Assembly: GCA_002269645.1 (NCBI GenBank)
Contig: NIVC01002658.1
Coordinates: 88,027 to 152,026, forward strand
Reading direction: 5' to 3'
DNA from: Macrostomum lignano
Lineage: Eukaryota
Length of the DNA stretch: 64,000 nt
The notes beneath the pieces are model-generated. The model did not search any database. It saw only the letters and a program-made list of their open reading frames with translations, and had not been told where the DNA came from. This document shows positions 14,557 through 26,865 of this stretch, in pieces; the first letter of the stretch is position 1, and each line of letters opens with the position of its first letter. Position numbers and translations under genes: made by a program.

Positions 14557-14569
14557 AAAATCCTCAACC

Positions 14570-16710
14570 ATGGGATCAGCGCTGAGCGGGCCCCTGGCCA
14601 ACCGCACCCAGCTGATAGCCTGCAGCAACATATCCGGATTGCGAGCCTCAGAGCACCAGGCGCTGGCCAGGTTCCAGGAATTCTACCGGCCTGTCCATGG
14701 CTACGTGTGCGTGCTGCTGTGCGTCTTCGGCGTGGTGGCCAACGTGGCTAACATTGCCGTGCTCACTCGCAAGGTGATGCTGGCCTCCTCCATCAATGTC
14801 ATCCTGCTGGCTGTGGCGGCCGCCGATCTGCTCACAATGCTGCTGTACTTTTTTCAGGTGCTTTTTTGACTAAATAATTCATTTTTTATAACTATGGTAC
14901 TTTTTAAGCATGCTGTGCTCTGAGGGTTAGGGCCGGCTAACATTTAAATCCGTTTGATGGATTCGTACATAGCTCGTGTACCCTATGTACAGACTTCATC
15001 ACGTGACTGCTTTACCGCATTTATTATCTCGTCACGTGATGAAGCTTGTGCGTGGGGGGCAAATGTACATTGGGGGAGCAGCTGTGGAATAATGACCGGA
15101 TAACTAACGCGCCACCATTGCTTAGTCTGTTGCATCTTAGTCTGCTTTATCAGTGGCAGGAGGCTGTGTGCACCCTGGCGCACTTTAAGCGACATTGCCA
15201 CACAACCGGCGAGAGGCATTGCTGCCCATTCCGCCGACTCCCCTGAGCAGCACACAAGCGCGCGGATACGTACGCAGTCACACGCGCAGGCACACACTCA
15301 CACAGGAGTGTACAGCGGCCCTAACTTTATTTATCGTTAGGCATGTACACTTCACTGTGCCTTGGGGGTTGGCCATCAATGCCGCTAACTGCACGAGCAG
15401 AGCCAAGCCGGGATTCCAATTCAGCCCCAAATTAATTTGACTGCACTTGGAATCGAGCCTGGGCCGCTGGCATATCGGAGCGCCACCTCAGACCACACAT
15501 GTGTATCATTGCAGTGTGCTTTTTCTAAATTTAGCAGAATTAAGCTACTGCAAGTAGAAGCATTAGAAATATCCATGGTACCCATTAGTTAGTTAAGTTA
15601 GATTGCAGTGGGTGAGTCGCACGAGCGTACGGCAACTCCTGGGACCAGTTTTTGGCCTGGAGCCAAAAAAGCACTTTAGCATTTTTGAAGTACCACGGAG
15701 CCACTCTGCCCCGCAACAATGCCCCGTAGATTCTGCACTTCACCCTGCTATCGCCGGGCGAGGGCCTGAGCATGCCGCACACCCTATCGTACCCGTGGAT
15801 CGTGTACTCGCTGTTCGCCATCAGCCTGGTGCTGGTGCTGCACACCGTGGCCTGCTGGCTGACGGTGGCGCTGGCCGTGTTCCGCTTCCTCTACATCGCC
15901 CTACCGACCCGCGGTGTCCAGCTGGCCAGCTTCCGCAACGCCTACATCAGCATAGCCGCCATCTGCCTGGTGTTCGCGCTGACCACCACGCCCAACTACC
16001 TGGTGAACGTGGCCAAAGCCTGCCGCTCCAGCCGGGACCAGGTGGTGTACTTCATCGGCCTGCCGGACGTGATGACAGCAAGCCTGGTGGAGTCGAACTA
16101 CTGGACCATCGCCGTGCTGTACAAGATCGTGCCCTGCCTGCTGCTCTCGCTGATGACCGTCCTGCTGATTGTCCAGCTGTCCAAGGCGGCCCGCAGGCGC
16201 CGAAAGCTGCTCAGCAGTGGCAAGAGTTCCCAGCGGGAGCAGCGGAAGGATAGGCGGGAGCAGCGGACCACCATCATGCTGCTGGCCATTGTGATCATCT
16301 TCATCATCACCGAGCTGCCGCAGGGCATCATGTCCCTTCTCTGTTTCGTAGTTAGAAATTTCGACACCAACGTCTACAGTCCTCTCGGCGACGTCCTCGA
16401 CCTGCTGTCCCTGATCAACAACAGCGTCAACTTCGTGCTGTACACCACCATGTCCAAGCAGTTTCGCGACACCTTCGCTGACGTGTTTCTCACCTGGTGC
16501 CGCCGGCCGGGACCGCCAGCCGCTGCAAAAGGCGGCGAAGCAAAAGACGCAGCCGCTGTGGAGATTGAGGATGACGATGGGGCCCAGCCGCCGGCGCCGA
16601 ACGGCCAAGAGGCCGGCAGAGCGAAGCCGGCCGCCGCCTGCTCGACAGGGGAAATCGCCTGCGAGGAGGCGATGCCGCTGCAGTCGCAGAGACGGAGCCA
16701 CCTAGTCTGA
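14570..16710 (+). CDS. Rhodopsin-class peptide GPCR, myosuppressin receptor/DMSR/Srw-like, ~422 aa, join(14570..14857,15730..16710)
   Basis: Phase-0 GT-AG intron joins ...LLYFFQ to ILHFTLL.... Seven hydrophobic segments; N-terminal NRT/NIS sequons; TM1 GVVANVANIAVLTRK; TM2 LAVAAADLL; TM3 HTVACWLTVALAVFRF; TM6 TELPQG; TM7 INNSVNFVLYTTMSKQFRDTF. These motifs match the DMSR/sex-peptide-receptor-like group. Confidence 0.92.
15143..15500 (-). mobile_element. tRNA-derived SINE, copy 1 (in GPCR intron)
   Basis: Reverse complement aligns along ~350 bp with 25786-26142. B-box-like GGCTCGATTCC. Confidence 0.85.
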
Positions 16711-16879
16711 TCGAATTCTCGAACCTGAACCGCTCTGGCGTTTTCGTCCTTACATCACGAGCTATGAACCAACCGTTGTTTTCGTGTGTCTCGTGAACTG
16801 AAGCTGTCATAAACGGCAACATTTCCGTCATTGTGTTGTGTGCTTAGCTGAGCCTCTGTGCGCGTCGATTCGTTTGAAC

Positions 16880-17112
16880 CTGGGGTCGGCAAACTCGGGC
16901 TCGCGAGGCCTTCGGGTCCTTTGAAACTTCTCTCCTCTCTCTCTCTCTCTCTCGACTCTCTTCTCCCTCCTCGACTCTCTTCTCTCTCCTCGACTCTCTT
17001 CTCTCTCCTCGACTCTCTTCTCTCTCCCCTCCTCTCTCCCTCTCATCTGGCCCGCAGCCAAGAGCTAGAATCTTTATCTGGCCCTTGAGGTAAAACAGTT
17101 TGCCGACCCCAG
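16880..17112 (+). mobile_element. hAT/Charlie (MER58-like) MITE, copy 1, with CT-rich core
   Basis: TIRs CTGGGGTCGGCAAACT / AGTTTGCCGACCCCAG. 8-bp flanks GTTTGAAC and GTTCAAAC. Confidence 0.85.
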
Positions 17113-17234
17113 GTTCAAACTCTGTGCCCGCTTATCCGCCTCTTGCCTTCCCCGTTAATTCCCTTAAGTCGCTTCGAGGCAGACAATATAACTTGTTGAG
17201 TTTTCGTAGTGCAACAAAAATCACATTAGAAATT

Positions 17235-17816
17235 TGTCTTTTGGAAAAATCTTGGTTGTAGAGAAGACAGAAGAGAGGAGAGAGGAGAGGAAAGGAGAGG
17301 AGAGGAGAGGAGAAGAGAGGAGAGGAGAGGAGAGGAGAAGAGAGAGGAGAGGAGAGGAGAGGAGAGGAGAGGAGAAGAGAGGAGAGGAGAGGAGAGGAGA
17401 GGAGAAGAGAGAGGAGAGGAGAGGAGAGGAGAGGAGAGGAGAGGAGAGGAGAGGAGAGGAGAGGAGAGGAGAGGAGAGGAGGGAGGAGAGGAGAGGAGAG
17501 GAGAGAGAGAGAGAGAGGAGAGGAGAGGAGAGGAGAGGAGAGGAGAGGAGAGGAGAGGAGAGGAGAGGAGAGGAGAGGAGAGGAGAGGAGGGAGAGGAGA
17601 GGAGAGGAGAGGAGAGGAGAGGAGAGGAGAGGAGAGGAGAGGAGAGGAGAGGAGAGGAGAGGAGAGGAGAGGAGAAGAGAGAGGAGAGGAGAGGAGAGGA
17701 GAGGAGAGGAGAGGAGAGGAGAGGAGAAATGAGTGAAGTTTCAAAGGACCCGAAGGCCTGATAGAGAGGCTACGCGGGCCGCATGTGGCCTGCGGGCCGA
17801 AGTTTGCTGACCCTTG
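17235..17816 (-). mobile_element. hAT/Charlie-like MITE, copy 2 (one end lost), containing a (GAGGA)n array at 17270-17728
   Basis: Minus strand begins CAAGGGTCAGCAAACTTCGGCCCGCAGGCCACATGCGGCCCG and shares GGCCTTCGGGTCCTTTGAAACTTC with copy 1. Confidence 0.75.
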
Positions 17817-18167
17817 ATGTAAGATGCCGTTCATGTTAAGGCTGATAAAGCTGCATGATATGCTTCATATTTGCAAAACAACTATTAAAAAGTTCTACTT
17901 GATCCATCTACCATTTTGAAGCTGACGATCTCCCGGCGGTTCGGTGAATTTATGCGTCTGAATTGTTGAGGCTGCAGATACCGGTCCGATAGGAGGCTGG
18001 CTGATAAATCTCCTGCCTTCAGAGCCGACAGACCCACGAAGGCGGAGCGCGCAGCCGTTTCTGGCTTTTGTGCTTCAGGAACGCAGCCTGACCTTGTTCG
18101 TTTCTCTGACGGCTGAATCTGTTCGTTTCTCTGACGGCTGAATCTGTTCGTTTCTCTGACGGCTGAA

Positions 18168-18612
<445 letters not shown>

Positions 18613-19189
18613 AAATCATACTTGCTTCATTTCAAAACGGCAGTCCAAAAGGTGAGATTTCCAATCTCGCAGCTAAAGTACATCGCACTGGGTACAGCGG
18701 CTGCTCGTGAGACGTAGTCAGAATCGATAAACCGATTTGGTCCCTCGAATTCATCGCAAAATCCGACGCTCTCACGGCTCACGGTTGAAGCGGCTTCAAA
18801 GCCGATAATTTTTTGCCTATCAGACTGGAAAATCGAAGGAAAAAAGCGTAAGTGGAAAATCATATCTTCGAATAGCTGTTGTCGCAGTTTTTTGTACGCG
18901 TCAGATAAACTCTCGTCTGAGCTAAACGCAGCACAAACAGCTTGAATGAAAATGCATCTAATTAGAGACCAATTAGGATGGTAATCACATCAGTGCGCAG
19001 AGTCTTCTGCTTGCTTGATTTAATTATTTAGCATCTGTCTCAATCTGTCTCAACTATCGCAATCATTTAATCATTTAATTTGGCGCGGCCAGCAGTGCCG
19101 GCGGCACGCGAACCCCTGACCGCCAGTTGCTTGGACGGTTTGATACTAAGCAGATTCGGTTTTTCCCGAATTGCGGATTGATATACTGG

Positions 19190-19345
19190 CACCGGTGCCC
19201 TTGTAGCTTCCGGTGATCCTGTCAGCACCTGGTGCCCTTGTAGCTTCCAGTGATCCTGTCAGCACCTGGTGCCCTTGTAGCTTCCGGTGATCCTGTAAGC
19301 ACCTACCCTACCCTTGAGCTTCCGGTGATCCTGTCAGCACCTACC
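19190..19345. repeat. 37-bp minisatellite, ~4 copies
   Basis: GGTGCCCTTGTAGCTTCC at 19194 and 19231. Confidence 0.85.
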
Positions 19346-20057
19346 ATCTACGAGCGTATTGATAATTTATGAAACTTTTTGATACTGTCAAGCCTGTCAA
19401 ACCTTCACAGTCTAAGACTTAGTTAACAAGAAATCTACTCAAAGCTTGGCAACACTCCGTCGCAGCAGAAGCCACTATAAGCAGAATTTCAACTCTAGAC
19501 TCGATTTTTTTCTTCTAGACTTCCTTTAGCAACTGCCGGTCTATCTGGCGAGTTTAGTGAGGCCAAGCTAAGTTGCTGGCGGCTCTGGTTTCAAACGGAT
19601 TAGCAAAGCTCCCGCTGGCCGAGTCCCGAATTGGCCAGGTGGGCCTGAGAGAGCTTAAGCGGCTTACTAGCTGAATGCATAATGCACTGCAAGAGTTCGG
19701 GCCCGGGCATTCACAGCCATTCTCTGCCTTCATCAATAGGCAGTGCTCACTGAAAGCGGCTCAGAAAGTCATTGTTGCTTTGAAACACCGCCCCATCACC
19801 CCTATCCAGAATCCCTGCTTCGTAACTGAATTCAGTTCCGGCACGCTTGGCTTCTCCTCGCTCACAGGAACACGCGCAGAAATCAAAGATTTCCCCTTTC
19901 AGGGATTTTTAATCTGACCCTCAACAAGCCAAGTGGAAATTGAGTTGAAGGCTCATGTCAACTCAAATTACTCGATATTTCAATTATTTACTTGACCAGA
20001 TTCTGACATCAAAGACGCTTGGAATTGGATGAAGTTGGTATTATTTTTAATGCGTCA

Positions 20058-20552
20058 TTACCGCGCTGTGACTGGCGGAATGCTTGATGTGACTGGCGGA
20101 ATGCTTGATGTGACTGTCGGAACACTTGATGTGACTGCCGGAACACTTGATGTGACTGGCGGAATGCTTGATGTGACTGTCGGAACACTTGATGTGACTG
20201 CCGGAACACTTGATGTGACTGCCGGAACACTTGATGTGACTGCCTTAACACTTGATGTGACTGCCGGAACACTTGATGTGACTGCCGGAACACTTGATGT
20301 GACTGGCGGAACACTTGATGTGACTGCCGGGACACTTGATGTGACTGTCGGAACACTTGATGTGACTGCCGATACACTTGATGTGACTGCCGGAACACTT
20401 GATGTGACTGCCGGAACACTTGATGTGACTGCCGGAACACTTGATGTGACTGCCGGAACACTTGATGTGACTGCCGGAACACTTGATGTGACTCTTGATG
20501 TGACTGCCGGAACACTTGATGTGACTGGCGGAATGCTTGATGTGACTGCCGG
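20058..20552. repeat. 21-bp minisatellite (GTGACTGCCGGAACACTTGAT)
   Basis: Direct tandem repetition. Confidence 0.95.
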
Positions 20553-21714
20553 ATCACTTGTTATTAAGACAAAGTTTAGCAAATTACTTAAATGATTGTT
20601 TTTTTGCACTGATAAGATTGGTTGCTATGCTATCAGACTCAAGTCAGCTGTTCCACTTGCTATTAGGCCAGGTGTTTTTTTTACCAATTTCGCTGCTCTG
20701 GGGATCAGAGCGTTTTCTATATTGGACAAACGAAGACACACCTGCACACTATAGAGCTGGGGAACACTTGCTAAAAAACTTCAAGATTATTGAAGCTTCG
20801 TGTATCAGAATGCACAAATCCAACTTGAATGTGCAGCTAGCTGGCAATGGGGTGGAGCGTGAGCTCAAAGTACTGTGAGCAGTGCCGTGTCAATTCTCTC
20901 GCTCCCTCCCGTTCTGTATTTTTATTCGTTTTAAAACTTTACCAGACTGTTTTGACCTGTTTTTGGAGTGTACAGCTTGTTGTTCTTAAATATACTGGTG
21001 TGCTAAGATCACTTGGATTGGATTAGTCTATGATAGACGAAATGCGTTGGCAACAAATAATTTAAGTCTTCTCTTGCTTTTGGCAAACATCGGCTGATGT
21101 CCACTTGAGCTTGATTCATTCCAGTTGCACTTGTGATGCCGACTTCTTTCATTTGCTCCGTTGGCGTCGTAGCCAAATTGTCGCTAACAGCGGTTGCAAC
21201 CTTCATTAGGGTCCAACCAGCCTCATCAGCAGTTTCGAAATTGGTCAGAAACTTAATAAAATCTTCAGTTCACTTGCAAAATAATCCAACTCAGCTGACG
21301 AGACTCCATCTAGGCTATCCACTGGCAGATTCTTCCAGTTGATTGAGGGCAGTTTTTCCCTGAGGGTTTTTTCATGTTTCTCTCTTCAATTTCTTTCCTT
21401 CCTTGGACTTTGCTACTGATGTTCTGCCACCAACTCTTCGCTGATCTTTAGTGAATGGTTATCAACTAATCTGCCCCGTAACTAAATATTTATCCAAAAT
21501 CAGCCAATCCTCTGGCAGTGGAAATTAGTCTATGGTAAGAAGAAACATCTGCCTTATTTAATACGAGTAGCGTGACTCGAGTATCCTATCACGAGTCAAC
21601 GAGCCGATGAGACAATGAGATCTGTAACGAGTGGCTGCTGATTATTATTCAAGCATGAAATCATATATATAATCTACCATTAGCTGTGAGTCATTGACTA
21701 TGATTTATTGAGTA

Positions 21715-21895
21715 TGGCTCATTGACTATGACTCATTGACTATGACTCATTGATTATGACTCATTGATTATGATTCACCGACTTTGACTCATTGACTATG
21801 ACTCATTGACTATATAACTCATTGACTATGACTCACTGTCTATGACTCATTGACTATGACTCACTGATTATGAATCCTTGACTGTGACTCATTGA
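21715..21895. repeat. 14-bp degenerate repeat (ATTGACTATGACTC)
   Basis: Direct inspection. Confidence 0.85.
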
Positions 21896-22463
21896 CTTTA
21901 CAGGTCAAGTCCTTGTTTCGAGACGTTTAATTGGTAGAAAACACTCTAAAATTCTCGTAGAATCAAGTCCGGTACCTCTGGGACAAGCGATAGATGCGAT
22001 TTTCTTCACCGAGTCCTTTCTCTGCCTCTCCCATCTGCATATCACAGTCCTTAGGACAGACTGGGGCAGGCGGACTCTGCTTATTCAGCAACCCAAGCCA
22101 CTGAAGCTGCCACACATGGAGAGCCTACAGATTATCAGGGTCGCTATGGCAACAGAGAGACTCCTGCAGTCTAGGAAAGGGAGAGAGAGGGAAAAAGTAA
22201 GGGAAGTGCGGGGTTGGGACTAAAAGCCCAATATTCATGCGGTGCATTGGGCCATTGATTTTTTACCTTAGTAAAAAAAGCTGCTTTCATCGACTTTCGA
22301 GGCTGCTCTATTGGAGCAGCTGGCGCTAGATGGGGCCACCAGAGGCAAATAAAAAGCACGAGGAAGAAACAGAATCACATGGAGGCTGGAGCTGGGATAG
22401 GCGGGAGAAACTTATGCTATAAATGCATTGTCTCAGCCTGCGCGAGCCTGACGGTGCGGAGCG

Positions 22464-25400
22464 ATGGCCTGTGCCAGCAGGATCCTGCGGGCGGCAGTCG
22501 CCATCTGTTGCGGTCTTCTGCTCCTGCCTGGACCAGCGCAAGCGGAATCCTGTGAGTAGCCGCGGCCCTGCACTTTTACACCTGTCCACCTGACTGTCTT
22601 GGAACTACTTTCGTCTGTGCCCTATCCGCAGGCGACTACGTCTCCACTGCAGCTGGACCCTGCGATGCCACTGCCACTCAAGGCAGCTGCGCCGACTACT
22701 ATCAAGCGTTCGCTGACACGTCCTACCAGTACATCCGGAGCCCTAACTATCCCGGCCCATATGCTGAGTGAGTCGGCCTCCCACCTGTGATCTTGCACGG
22801 CTTCTCTTCTTCACTTTCTCCTTTCTTTCCTTCCCACCCGTATCCAATCCTCTTCCCACCCGTATCCAATCCTCTTCCCACCCGTATCCAATCCTCTTCC
22901 TACCCGTATCCAATCCTCTTCCCACCCGTATCCAATCCTCTTCCCACCCGTATCCAATCCTCTTCCTACCCGTATCCAATCCTCTTCCCACCCGTATCCA
23001 ATCCTCTTCCCACCCGTATCCAATCCTCTTCCCACCCGTATCCAATCCTCTTCCCACCCGTATCCAATCCTCTTCCCACCCGTATCCAATCCTCTTCCCA
23101 CCCGTATCCAATCCTCTTCCCACCCGTATCCAATCCTCTTCCCACCCGTATCCAATCCTCTTCCCACCCGTATCCAATCCTCTTCCCACCCGTATCCAAT
23201 CCTCTTCCCACCCGTATCCAATCCTCTTCCCACCCGTATCCAATCCTCTTCCTACCCGTATCCAATCCTCTTCCCACCCGTATCCAATCCTCTTCCCACC
23301 CGTATCCAATCCTCTTCCCACCCGTATCCAATCCTCTTCCCACCCGTATCCAATCCTCTTCCCACCCGTATCCAATCCTCTTCCCACCCGTATCCAATCC
23401 TCTTCCCACCCGTATCCAATCCTCTTCCCACCCGTATCCAATCCTCTTCCCACCCGTATCCAATCCTCTTCCCACCCGTATCCAATCCTCTTCCCACCCG
23501 TATCCAATCCTCTTCCCACCCGTATCCAATCCTCTTCTCCTCACCGAATCTCTTTTCCCAGCCGTCACCGAATCTCTTTTCCCAGCCGTCACCGAATCTC
23601 TTTTCCCAGCCGTCACCGAATCTCTTTTCCCAGCCGTCACCGAATCTCTTTTCCCAGCCGTCACCGAATCTCTTTTCCCAGCCGTCACCGAATCTCTTTT
23701 TCCTAGCCGTCACCGACCTTCTTCCCATTCGCCTCCTGCACTCTTTTCACCTGTCTTTAACTCTCTGATTACTCTTAATCTCTTTAATTAGCAAAGCATC
23801 CCCCGCGCGACGCCCGCAGCAACCAGGTGTGCCGCTGGGTCCTGTCCGCCTGCCGCTGCTCCAATCCTCTCCGGCCGGAGGCAAAATTTCGCGTAGAATT
23901 CGAAGTGCTTGACTTTGAAATTCAGGACAGCCCATCCTGCACCCAGGACTTCGTAGAAGTTAAGGACGGTGAGCAATTAAATTGAAACAAATCATAGGCA
24001 GCTCTCAATTTGAATAATTAGCTATTCAAGTGCCCGTCATGAGCATCAAAGCTAATTTAATTGCGCAGGTTTATCTTATTTGTTGGTACTATAATTTAGC
24101 TATTAGGTCAATTAGTTTAATTGAAGTGAGAGCCGGCAACCCAGAATGCAGGCAGTCACAGCTCTATTCAAGGAGCTTCAGTTTGACAGAGGAATCCCCA
24201 CTCACAATGTTTTTTTACTGCGCGCCGGAACGGAGCAACGCAGGCACACGAAATTTGAGATCACGGGCCAAATTATTGTTGCGCACCTTCTCAAACAAGA
24301 ATAAAGTTGCCAGCCCTCCGGACCGTCCAGATATTCAATGATTCTGCCAGAAAGTCGGATTTTCCCATAAGCGCCAGTGTACGCCAGTGTACGCCAGTGT
24401 ACGCCAGTGTACGCCAGTGTACGCCAGTGTACGCCAGTGTACGCCAGTGTACGCCAGTGTACGCCAGTGTACGCCAGTGTACGCCAGTGTACGCCAGTGT
24501 ACGCCAGTGTACGCCAGTGTACGCCAGTGTACGCCAGTGTACGCCAGTGTACGCCAGTGTACGCCAGTGTACGCCAGTGTACGCCAGTGTACGCCAGTGT
24601 ACGCCAGTGTACGCCAGTGTACGCCAGTGTACGCCAGTGTACGCCAGTGTACGCCAGTGTACGCCAGTGTACGCCAGTGTACGCCAGTGTACGCCAGTGT
24701 ACGCCAGTGTACGCCAGTGTACGCCAGTGACCAACGAAGTCAGAGCTGATGCAGACACATGCGGTCCACGTGCTGATGAAATTTGGGGGCTTTGCAAGGC
24801 CGCAACGAGGCGCAGTGCTGATTGGCGCACAGTTGTGTACTGAATACACTAGCGCTTATGGGAAAAATTCGACCATTTGACAAAACTGTTGAATATCTTG
24901 ACGGTCCGGAGGGTTGGCGACTTGATTCTTGTTTCAGAAGGTGCGCAATAAAAAGTCAGCCCGTGGTCTGGAATTTCTTGAGCCTGCGTTGCTCCGTTCC
25001 GGTGGAGCAAAAAATTGTGAAGAGAGGGATTCCCCCTTTTGGTAGTTCTACTGCTAATGACGTCATTTGATGCACTTATTGCCCTCACAGGAAAGCGCCT
25101 ATGGGCCCACTCGTTTGGGCAATACTGCGGCAACAGCTGCGTCAAAGGCAACAGCAACAACCTCACGCAGAGCACCGGTTTGCACCTGCTGGTCACTTTC
25201 CAGACCGATGTGTTCAACGCGAGACAGCCGCAGAAATATCGGGGCTTTCAGGCGCGCTATCGTTGTGTTGAGCTCGGTAAGCTGCTGCGAAGTCCCGTTT
25301 TAGAATTGGTTTGAGCAATCTGTAATCTGCGGAGCTGCTGTGGGTAATATAAACCAGTCTTTTAGAGCCAAGCCCCAAGGCAGTGGTCAGTGGAATGGGC

Positions 25401-26468
25401 ATGGTGGCTGGCTGCAAACAAATCTGAGCAGTCATGGTTGATTTTCCGTAGTCGGTTTCGAACGAATTTGAATAATTTCTGACATTTGTCTTTCTTTTTT
25501 GTTGTCCTGTTCGGTTTTTATTACTCTAGCATCGATGTGCAAGTAGTATAAGCAGAAAATGAACATTCAATTTTCTGACTTTTTGTTTAATTGACAGCAG
25601 AATATGATAGCCCTGTTTTGAGTCTCTTTTCTCAAAGGAGAGATCGATCCAGATTCTATTACTGAAAGTTTGGTACCTCTGAAGAATTTGAATTCAGGGC
25701 TGAAAACGAAGAAGAAATTTAAGTAATTAATTTGAATCTATCGATGCTCTGGCAACTTGCTGCAAATGTTTAGCTACAGGGAATAGGGAGTCGTGACTCA
25801 GTGGTATGGCGCGGCGCTCTGATGTGCCAGCGGCCCAGGCTCGATTTCAAGTGCAATCACATGAATTTGGGGCTGAATTGGAATCTCGGCTTGGCTCTGC
25901 TCGTGCAATTAACGGTCTTTCGGGCCAAACCCCAAGCCACAGTGAAGTGTACATGCCTAACGATAAATAAAGTTAGGGCCGCTGTACACTCCTGTGTGTG
26001 TGTGCCTGTGCGTATGACTGCGTACGTATCCGCGCGCTTGTGTGCCTGCCCAGGGGAGTCGGCGGAATGGGCAGCAATGCCTCTCGCCGGTTGTGTGACA
26101 ATGTCGTCTGAAGTGCGCCAGAGCGCACAGCCCCTGCCTCTGTTTGTATATAGATACAGGGAACAGTTTATATCGGCTACTATGGCATCGCAGTGAGCGC
26201 GAGCCCCTGTCAGCGGAATCAGAGTGGGAATGTGCTTCCTTGTTGTTGTTGTTGCTGCTGTTGCTTCTGTTGTTGTTGTTGTTCAGCAAAAACAGCCGAT
26301 CATGCCGCAATGAATTCCGCAGAGACAACCGTGACGGACGCGCTGGTGCTGGGCCTGGCCAACTACCTGCTGATTGCGGCCAGCTGCTGCCTGCTCGCCA
26401 TCTTCACCGCTGCGGCCTCCGTGCTGGCGGTCCGAGAGCACAACAGAAACCACAGGCTGCTCAAATAA
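22464..26468 (+). CDS. Single-CUB type I membrane protein, paralogue A, ~234 aa, join(22464..22551,22632..22767,23820..23968,25091..25276,26323..26468)
   Basis: All joins are GT-AG, phase-consistent and stop-free. Signal peptide MACASRILRAAVAICCGLLLLPGPAQA. CUB motifs IRSPNYPGPY, CRWVL, DFEIQDSPSCTQDFVEVKDG, QYCG, LLVTFQTD, RGFQARY. C-terminal TM helix and short tail. An alternative in-frame last acceptor lies at 26287. Confidence 0.88.
22828..23716. repeat. 22-bp array (CCCACCCGTATCCAATCCTCTT, ~32 copies) followed by 24-bp array (GTCACCGAATCTCTTTTCCCAGCC, ~7 copies) in CUB-A intron 2
   Basis: Direct tandem repetition. Confidence 0.96.
24190..25036. mobile_element. Foldback/MITE-like element with ~180-bp diverged inverted arms enclosing a (GCCAGTGTAC)n array (24371-24730)
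   Basis: Reverse complement of 24190-24380 aligns with 24842-25036 (e.g. GCGCTTATGGGAAAA, TTGAATATCT, GACGGTCCGGAGGG, GCCTGCGTTGCTCCGTTCCGG). Confidence 0.8.
25786..26142 (+). mobile_element. tRNA-derived SINE, copy 2 (in CUB-A intron 4)
   Basis: A-box-like GTGACTCAGTGGTA and B-box-like GGCTCGATTTC. Colinear with the copy at 15143-15500. Confidence 0.85.
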
Positions 26469-26679
26469 CCAGCCTAGTAGTTCGAAACTGATGCATACTA
26501 ATGTTTTTCAATAGCTAAAAAAGAAACATCGTCTGAGAGATATAACAAATAAATTTTTTACAAAAAAATTTCTAAACAGCAATTACAATTAAAGTGCTTA
26601 AGAACTGCCTAACATTGAAAAAGTTGACAGTTTTCTATAGTAGCTAGCTCAGTTTCAGTAACAGTCAAAGTAGGCAGAT

Positions 26680-26865
26680 GGGTAGATAGATATACAGGTA
26701 GGTAGATAGATGGATAGGTGGGTAGATAGATATACAGGTAGGTAGATAGATGGATAGGTGGGTAGATAGATATACAGGTAGGTAGATAGGTGGATAGGAG
26801 GGTAGATAGATATACAGGTAGGTAGATAGATGGATAGTTGGGTAGATAGATATACAGGTAGGTAG
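26680..26865. repeat. 40-bp compound GATA/GGTA repeat
   Basis: Period 40 (26681 and 26721). Confidence 0.85.

Noticed and set aside
21009-21290. Possible retrotransposon gag remnant (EDFIKFLTNFETADEAGWTL, minus strand)
   Set aside because: Only a faint motif resemblance, interrupted by stops, with no LTR or pol nearby.
22743-23791. Multiple 140-334-aa ORFs
   Set aside because: They lie in CUB-A intron 2 and are satellite translations.
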